In this document: piece after piece, positions 57,660 through 64,000 of the stretch | How the letters are laid out: each line of letters opens with the position of its first letter | How positions within the stretch are numbered: position 1 is the first letter of the stretch | From: Candidatus Eiseniibacteriota bacterium | GTDB taxonomy: Bacteria > Orphanbacterota > Orphanbacteria > Orphanbacterales > Orphanbacteraceae | Length of the DNA: 64,000 bases | Assembly (NCBI GenBank): GCA_043809585.1 | Contig: JBDROZ010000039.1 | Span: 76,577 to 140,576, forward strand | Reading direction: 5' to 3' | The notes under the pieces: model-generated | Databases searched by the model: none | What the model saw: the letters and a program-made list of their open reading frames with translations, nothing else | Told to the model about the DNA's origin: nothing | Program-made: the position numbers and the translations under genes

Positions 57660-59288
57660 TCACGGGGAACCGGACGGGTCAAACGAAAAGCCGGGGGCCC
57701 CCTCCCGGCGGGTCTTCCGCCGTCCGATCGCGGCGAAAGCGAGCAGGATCACGGAGAGGGCGATTTCCCCTCGGGGGAGCCAGTCGCCGTGGCGGACGTA
57801 GAAGGTGTCCCCTCCGGCGGGCGTGATTTCTGCGACCACCGATCCGCGCTCGTAGAGGTCCATGCTCTCCACGATGCGTCCGAAGGGATCGGCGATGAAG
57901 GAGATCCCCGTGTTCGCCGACCGGGCGAGGTAGACGCCGAGCTCCACGCATCGGAGGCGGGCCATGTCCGCGTGCTGGTCCGGCGCCGCGGTGGTGCCGA
58001 ACCAGGCGTCGTTGGTCAAATTGACGAGAAAGGTCGCCCCCTCCCGGACGAACTCCCGGCAGAGGGGAGGAAAGATCGCCTCGAAACAGATGTTCGCGGA
58101 GAAGGGCGCGCTCCCCCTCTCCCGGAAGACGGTGAACTCCTCCCCCGGCGTGAAGTCCGCCTCGCCGAGGTCGAGTTTCGCGACCCAATCGAGGCGATCG
58201 TGAAGGGGGAGGCGCTCGCCGAAGGGAACGAGGTGCATCTTCCGGTACTCGCCGAGGACGTTCCCCTCTCCGTCGATCAACATGGCGGCGTTGAAATAGA
58301 CGTACCCCTTTCCGAGCCGGTACTCCGCGTCGGGATAGCCGAAGAGGATCGGCGTCTTCACCTCGTCCACGATCTCCTCGATCATGCGGAAGAACGGGTG
58401 CTCGTGACGGACGTACACGGGGACGGCCGTCTCGGGCCAGACCACGAGGTCCACGCCCCCTTCCTCGACCGCCTGTTTCGTGAGATCCCCGAGGATCCGG
58501 ATCGACTCCTCCTTGTAGCGCTCGGTCCACTTGTCCGCGGCCTTGATGTTCGGCTGCACCACCGCCACCGTCCGGGGAGGGGCCGCCGGTGCGACGCCGT
58601 CCCGGATGCGGCGCACGCCGTCGATCCCGAGCAGGAGGACGATCAGGACCGCGGCGGCGAAGCGGACCGCGAAGGGCCCCATCCTCCGACGGGTGACGGC
58701 GAGGATCGCCCCCGCGAGAAGGGCGTTCACCACCGTGACCGCGAGGGTGAGGATGTCGACGCTGCCGGCCCGGGCGAGCTGGATGAGCGACACCTGGTCG
58801 GCGAGGGCGTATCCCGGCGCCCCCCAGGGGAAGCCGAGAAGACCCAGGGTACGGACATGTTCGAGGGCGCCGAAGAGGAGGGGCGCGGCGATGACGAAGG
58901 GGACCTTCCGGTTCGCCCACCGGGCCCCCGCCGCGAAGAGGGCGGGAAAGAGGGCGAGATAGGCGGCGAGGACGAACATGCCCCCGAGGGCGAGGCCCCG
59001 GACGGGGATCTCCGTGTCGGCGAGGAGGCCGATCCAGTGGAGGAGGCCGAGGAAGTAGCCGACTCCGAAGAGCCACCCGGTCCGGAAGGCGTCCCGGACG
59101 CCGGTGCGGTAGACGGGAACCGTGAGAAGAAGGAAGAAGGGGATCAGGGAGCAGAGGATCAGGATGCCCGGCGCGTGCTTCTGGAAAGGGAGGGAACCGG
59201 CGAGCCCCGCGAGGATGGGTTGGATAAGGGGGGGACGGACCGCGCCCGCCCCTCCTTCCGCCCATCGCCCGCCAGCCCGGTCACGCAC
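57660..59288 (-). CDS. lnt: Apolipoprotein N-acyltransferase
   Basis: GFPW, VQPNI, WPETA, YRKMHLVPFGE, ICFE, TNDAWFG, SANTGIS. Confidence 0.95.
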   Translation of the reverse strand: MRDRAGGRWAEGGAGAVRPPLIQPILAGLAGSLPFQKHAPGILILCSLIPFFLLLTVPVYRTGVRDAFRTGWLFGVGYFLGLLHWIGLLADTEIPVRGLALGGMFVLAAYLALFPALFAAGARWANRKVPFVIAAPLLFGALEHVRTLGLLGFPWGAPGYALADQVSLIQLARAGSVDILTLAVTVVNALLAGAILAVTRRRMGPFAVRFAAAVLIVLLLGIDGVRRIRDGVAPAAPPRTVAVVQPNIKAADKWTERYKEESIRILGDLTKQAVEEGGVDLVVWPETAVPVYVRHEHPFFRMIEEIVDEVKTPILFGYPDAEYRLGKGYVYFNAAMLIDGEGNVLGEYRKMHLVPFGERLPLHDRLDWVAKLDLGEADFTPGEEFTVFRERGSAPFSANICFEAIFPPLCREFVREGATFLVNLTNDAWFGTTAAPDQHADMARLRCVELGVYLARSANTGISFIADPFGRIVESMDLYERGSVVAEITPAGGDTFYVRHGDWLPRGEIALSVILLAFAAIGRRKTRREGAPGFSFDPSGSP

Positions 59289-60486
59289 CGAATTTCTTGA
59301 GCCGCCCCGCCGACGCGAGGGCGAGGGGAAGAATCTGCGTCGCCGGGAAGCGGCCGAGAGAGCCGCCGGCGCACGCCGTCTCCCCGAAGGTGCGGACGCC
59401 GTCGGGGCGGACCAGGCGCCCCTGGATCAGGAAGGGGACGGGATGATGGCTGTGGGCCTTCATCTGGGAGGGCGTCGAGTGGTCGCCGGTCACGATCACC
59501 ACCTTGTCGGGGAGGTCGTCGAGCCGGGTGACCAGGCGGTCGACATGCTCCACGGCCTTTTTCTTTCCGTCGTAGTCCCCGTCCTCCCCCGCCTTGTCGG
59601 TATCCTTCACGTGGAGGAAGAAAAGGTCGTACTCGTTGTAGTGGGCCGTCACCGCTTCGAAGAGGGACGAGTTCTTTCCCTTTACGTCGAGCACGTCCAT
59701 GCCGACGAGGCGGGCGAGACCGCGGTACATCGGATAGAGGGCGAGGGCGACCCCCTTCAGGCCGTACCGTTTCTCGAAAGTGGGTAGTGGCCGATGCCGG
59801 GCGAAACCGCGGAGGAGGATGCCGTTCGCCTTCTCCTCGCCGGCGAGGATCTTCCGCGCCTCCTCGATGAACCGGTTCGCCGTCTCCGCCCCACGCTCCG
59901 ACTTCGGGGCGAGGGCCCGCACCGCCTCCGCCGGCACTCCGGTCACTTGGGGATCGGAATCGGTGAGATCGTCCTCGAGCCCCGGCCCCCGGAAGATCAC
60001 CGCCGCCCGGTGTTCCTTCTCGGGGAGCACGAAGACCTCGGCGCCCGGGATCTTGATCCCGCCGAGCGCCCCGGCGAGGCGCACGCACTCCTCCGTCGAA
60101 ATGCGGCCCGCCCGTCGGTCCGTGATCTTCCCGTCCGCGCCCAGGCTGCAGAAGTTCATGCGGGCCGCCAGGTCTTCCGGGCCGAGCGCGAAATCGACGC
60201 CGAGGGCGGAGAGAACTCCCCGCCCGACCACGAACTCCGTCGGGTCGTACCCGAAGAGCCCGAGATGGCCCGGCCCGCTCCCGGGCGTGATCCCGGGCGC
60301 CACCGGGTCGATCAGGCCGACCGCCCCCTTCTCGGCGAGCCGGTCGAGGTTCGGAGAGGCGGCCGCCTCGAGTTCCGTCTTTCCTCCGACCCGGTCCGGG
60401 AGCCCGCCCAGCCCGTCGAGCACGAGCATGACGATCCGCTCCCCCTTCTTCTGCACGAGCGACGTGATCAGTTCATCGTACTTCAT
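59281..60486 (-). CDS. apgM: 2,3-BPG-independent phosphoglycerate mutase (ApgM type)
   Basis: LDGLGG, TELEAA, PGSGPGHL.LFGYDP, DRRAGRI, DKAGEDG, TGDHSTP. Confidence 0.92.
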   Translation of the reverse strand: MKYDELITSLVQKKGERIVMLVLDGLGGLPDRVGGKTELEAAASPNLDRLAEKGAVGLIDPVAPGITPGSGPGHLGLFGYDPTEFVVGRGVLSALGVDFALGPEDLAARMNFCSLGADGKITDRRAGRISTEECVRLAGALGGIKIPGAEVFVLPEKEHRAAVIFRGPGLEDDLTDSDPQVTGVPAEAVRALAPKSERGAETANRFIEEARKILAGEEKANGILLRGFARHRPLPTFEKRYGLKGVALALYPMYRGLARLVGMDVLDVKGKNSSLFEAVTAHYNEYDLFFLHVKDTDKAGEDGDYDGKKKAVEHVDRLVTRLDDLPDKVVIVTGDHSTPSQMKAHSHHPVPFLIQGRLVRPDGVRTFGETACAGGSLGRFPATQILPLALASAGRLKKFGA

Positions 60487-60733
60487 GAAGGCTCACTCCT
60501 GAGAGAATGGTGTTCCTCGGGAAGAACGCTATCACGGGCGTCCCGGCGGGTCAATGAGCGGGGAGTGGAGCCGGGTCCGGAAACGGACCTCCCTCCACGG
60601 ATTCCTTCCTGCGCCCGTCCTCCGCCTCCGGTCGAGAACGACGAAAGGGATCAGGAGTCCGAGGTAGAAAAAACGGTGAGGGAGGTTGGATTCGCGGGCC
60701 CCGATCCCGAGCCGGAGGAAGGCACGATGAAGA

Positions 60734-62059
60734 TCACGGCGCGGGAGAGCCGATCAGCAACGGATGGTACGGAAAGAACCCCGACTCGCTCCCGGCGATG
60801 AGGGCGGTGACGATCGGGTCGTCCCCGGGGGCGCGGACACCCTCGGGGAGGACATCGAGGGCGGCGAGGTAGACCCGGGTCATGTGGAAGAACTTCCGGC
60901 GGTCTTTCGCGGGCACCGGTGCGGCGGCGGGCACCTCGATCATCATCGGGTTCACCCAATCGCTCCGCCGCTGCATGCGGAAGTCGAGATGAGGCGCCGT
61001 GGAGAGCCCCGTGTTCCCCACGTAGCCGATCACCTGCCCCTGGGCGACGCGCATTCCTTTGCGGATCCCCTTGCCGAACCGGGAGAGGTGCCCGTAGGTG
61101 GTGAGGTAGGTTCTGTTGTGCCGGATCTCGACGATGTTCCCGAAGCCCTTCTTCCAGCCGGCGTAGACCACCGCCCCGTCGCCGATGGTCACGACCGGCG
61201 TCCCGGACGGCGCGGAGTAGTCGATTCCGAGATGGGGCATCCAGCGTTTCAGGATCGGGTGATACCGGCGCTTCGTGAAGCCGCTGCTGATTCGCCTGTA
61301 GTTCAAGGGGGAACGGAGGAAGATCTTCTGTAGCGATCCGCCGTCGGGGGCGTAGTAGGCGGCCCGATCCCCCTCGGCGGTGAAGCGGACGCCGGCCACT
61401 TTCTCCCGCTCCCCCTCGTACCGGGCGACCAGGATATCCCCGTATCCCCGGAACTCCTCCCCCGCGTAGACCGCCTCGGCGAGGAGTTCGAACCGGTCCC
61501 CGTTCCGGCACTCGGTGAGGAAATCGAACGTCCACGAGAAGATGTCGGAAAAACGGACGACCAGATCGGGCGTGGCGCCCCCCGCGAGGAGCGACTCCCA
61601 AAGAGAGCTCTGGATCGTCCCTTCAAAGCGGACGATCTCCCGCCGGAGGGGCTCCGACTCCCGGGCCCCGGTCCACGGTTCCCCCGCCTCCCGGCGGACG
61701 ACGAACCGGTCCCCCCCCCGGCGATGGACCGCGTAGGCGACCACCCGTTCCTCGTCGTCCAAGGTCAGCTCGAGGCGGTCGTCCGTCCGGTAGCGGGAGG
61801 CCGGGAGGTACTCGGCCATGGCGTTCAGCATTTCCCGGGCGGTGTTCGGCTCGACCCCCCCCCGGAGGGCCCATCCCATGGGCGTCTCGCCTCGGCCGAG
61901 GGCGCCGTCCACGGTCCGGAGAATCTTCTCCCGGATCGGCGCGTTCGACTCCACCGCCGCGGCGCTCTTCGTCTCCTCGCCGGAGAAGCAGCCGGCGAGG
62001 GAGAGGAGGGCGAGAAGGGGAGGCAGGACGAGAGTCCGGGAGAGACGTCGGCGCGTCAT
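60734..62059 (-). CDS. M23 family peptidoglycan DD-endopeptidase (MepM-like), probable lipoprotein
   Basis: LAGC lipobox; RYHPIL...HLGIDY, YGHLS, GNTGLSTAPHLDF. Confidence 0.92.
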   Translation of the reverse strand: MTRRRLSRTLVLPPLLALLSLAGCFSGEETKSAAAVESNAPIREKILRTVDGALGRGETPMGWALRGGVEPNTAREMLNAMAEYLPASRYRTDDRLELTLDDEERVVAYAVHRRGGDRFVVRREAGEPWTGARESEPLRREIVRFEGTIQSSLWESLLAGGATPDLVVRFSDIFSWTFDFLTECRNGDRFELLAEAVYAGEEFRGYGDILVARYEGEREKVAGVRFTAEGDRAAYYAPDGGSLQKIFLRSPLNYRRISSGFTKRRYHPILKRWMPHLGIDYSAPSGTPVVTIGDGAVVYAGWKKGFGNIVEIRHNRTYLTTYGHLSRFGKGIRKGMRVAQGQVIGYVGNTGLSTAPHLDFRMQRRSDWVNPMMIEVPAAAPVPAKDRRKFFHMTRVYLAALDVLPEGVRAPGDDPIVTALIAGSESGFFPYHPLLIGSPAP

Positions 62060-62159
62060 GGGCGTCCTCCAGGGAACAGGGAGGCCGCGGGAAGGACACT
62101 CCCCCCGCGGCCCGGTCCCCTACTCCGATCATCGGCACCCGGAAGGGCCACTTTGGCTC

Positions 62160-64000
62160 CTACGGGGCGGATTCTTCGCCGGCGGCGGGAGTTTCCTCCC
62201 CCCCGAACGGCTCGAACCGTCCGCCCATGTGCTTGGCCAGGAACTTCTCCGCCGCCCCGTAGAACTCGAGACGGTTCTCCGGCTTGGCGAATCCGTGACC
62301 CTCGTCCTCGAAGAGCAGGTACTCGTAGTCGATCCCCTTCGCCTTCATGGCTTCCACGATCTGCTCCGACTCCGCCCGGTTCACCCGGGGATCGTTCGCC
62401 CCTTGGGCGATCAGCATGGGGATCCGGATCGCGTCCACCTTGGTGATCGGCGACCGGCTCATCAGGAAATCGAGGTCCCGCTCCGGATGGCCGAGACGCT
62501 TGTACAGGACTTCCAGGAACGAAGACCAGTAGGGCGGGATGCTCTCGATGAAGGTGATCAGGTTGCTCGGGCCGACCATGTCGACGGCGCAGCAGAAGAC
62601 GTCGGGCGTGAAGGTCGCGCCCACGAGCGCCGCGTAGCCGCCGTAGGACCCGCCGTAGATGGCGATCTTCGCCGGGTCCGCGTAGCCCTGCTGGACGGCC
62701 CAGTTCACGGCGTCGATCAGGTCGTCGTGCATCTTGCCGCCCCACTCCCGGTCGCCGGCGTTCAGGAACTCCTTGCCGTAGCCGGTGGAGCCGCGGAAGT
62801 TCACCTGAAGAGAGAGGTAACCGCGGTTCGCGAGCCACTGGGCCTCCCCGTTGTACCCCCACGTGTCCCGGTACCACGGGCCGCCGTGGACGTTCAACAC
62901 CATGGGGAGGTTCTTCCGCCCCTTCCCCGGCGGGAAGGTGGCGTACCCGTGAAGGGTGAGGCCGTCCCGGGAGGGGAAGGAGACCGGCTCCATCTTGGCG
63001 AGGAGATAGTCGTTCAGATCCGGCTTGTGGACGAAGAGGAACTTGGCGCTCTTCGTGTTCCGATCGTACATGTAGTACTTCACCGGGCCGTCGTCCGCCG
63101 TGAAACCGACGACCCAGATGTCGTCGTCCGTGTTCCGCCGGGGCTGCCCGTGTGTATAGCCCGGCTCGAGCTTGTCGATCGCCGCCCAGTCCGTCCGGAT
63201 CGTCTCGTCGATCACGGTCCACTCGAGCTTGTCTCGCATGATCCCGTACGCCTGGACCTCGTAAGTGTCCGGATGGATCATCACGGATCCCACGTCGTAG
63301 TTGGGATCTTCGGCGAGGACTTCGTACTCCTTGGTGGCGAGATTGATCTTGGTGAGCCGCGCGGCGTTCGCGCCCCGGGAATCGAGAAGGTACATCGACT
63401 TCCCGTCCTTCGTGAAGCCGACCGGCTCGCTGCTTAGGTTGTCTTCGGATGTCCAGGTCAGGATCTTCTCCCACTCCCCCTCGATCGTCTCCCGGACCAG
63501 AAGATCGAATCCGCCCTCCATGTTCGCCGCCAAGGCGCCCCGGACCTGGAACTCGGCGTCGCTCACCCAGCCGAGGATGTTGCCCGGGTTCTTGGCGATC
63601 AACTCCATCTCGCCGCTGTCGAGATAGAGGCGGTAGACGTCGTGGGACTGGGCGCTCTCCTTGTTCAGGCCGATCAGGATCTCGTTCGGGTAGTCCTTGT
63701 TGACGTCGATGATCTGGGCCTGAACGCCTTCGAAGGGGGTCAGGTCCCTGAGGTCTCCCGTCTCGAGGCTGACGGCGTAGATCCGCCAGTTCTCGTCCCC
63801 CCCCTTGTCCTGAATGTAGAGGAGGTGGATGTTGTCCCTCCCGAAGAAGAAGGCCCGGATGCCCCGGTCCTTGTCTTCCGTGACCGGCTTGTAGTCGCCC
63901 GCGGCGACATCTCCCACCCACACGTTCAGTACGCCGTCCACCGGCGCGATGTACGCCATGCGCTTGCCGTCCGGCGACACATGCGGGCTCACCTTTTCCG
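62160..64000 (-). CDS. S9 family (prolyl oligopeptidase / acylaminoacyl) peptidase; 5' end outside the window
   Basis: VHGGPW, NFRGSTGYG, GGSYGGY, QGANDPRV, DEGHGF. Confidence 0.93.
   Translation of the reverse strand, partial: EKVSPHVSPDGKRMAYIAPVDGVLNVWVGDVAAGDYKPVTEDKDRGIRAFFFGRDNIHLLYIQDKGGDENWRIYAVSLETGDLRDLTPFEGVQAQIIDVNKDYPNEILIGLNKESAQSHDVYRLYLDSGEMELIAKNPGNILGWVSDAEFQVRGALAANMEGGFDLLVRETIEGEWEKILTWTSEDNLSSEPVGFTKDGKSMYLLDSRGANAARLTKINLATKEYEVLAEDPNYDVGSVMIHPDTYEVQAYGIMRDKLEWTVIDETIRTDWAAIDKLEPGYTHGQPRRNTDDDIWVVGFTADDGPVKYYMYDRNTKSAKFLFVHKPDLNDYLLAKMEPVSFPSRDGLTLHGYATFPPGKGRKNLPMVLNVHGGPWYRDTWGYNGEAQWLANRGYLSLQVNFRGSTGYGKEFLNAGDREWGGKMHDDLIDAVNWAVQQGYADPAKIAIYGGSYGGYAALVGATFTPDVFCCAVDMVGPSNLITFIESIPPYWSSFLEVLYKRLGHPERDLDFLMSRSPITKVDAIRIPMLIAQGANDPRVNRAESEQIVEAMKAKGIDYEYLLFEDEGHGFAKPENRLEFYGAAEKFLAKHMGGRFEPFGGEETPAAGEESAP

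Overview
High-GC chromosomal window from a diderm bacterium. A PorU/C25 protein, FlgD-type C-terminal domains, a C-terminal WxxVKxLFR motif, and lgt/lnt suggest an FCB-group lineage such as Eisenbacteria, Krumholzibacteriota or Latescibacterota (inference only). The left end carries uvrB, a RodZ-like HTH gene, a DUF4139 gene and valS, which is frameshifted at a G run. A ~1 kb non-coding stack of long inverted-repeat elements follows (6.3-7.2 kb). From 7.2 to 38.9 kb is a cell-envelope locus: four GT-C-type membrane glycosyltransferases (three with TPRs), five alkaline-phosphatase-superfamily enzymes (four sulfatase-like with Thr at the catalytic position), a GAF-GGDEF cyclase, three exported proteins with three different C-terminal signals, MltD, a PorU-like sortase and a Wzi-like barrel. 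The right part is housekeeping: comF, aroE, lgt, rodA-mrdA-mreDCB-radC, an HD-GYP gene, purF-purS-purQ-purL-purB, an HtrA protease, transaldolase, truA, lnt, apgM, and M23 and S9 peptidases. The best candidate for an undescribed system is a surface-protein sorting and glyco-decoration system centred on the PorU-like sortase and the small 'SWTGVKSLFR' protein, whose gene has strong expression signals. I saw no CRISPR array, rRNA, tRNA or transposase. All calls come from motif recognition by eye; no searches were run.
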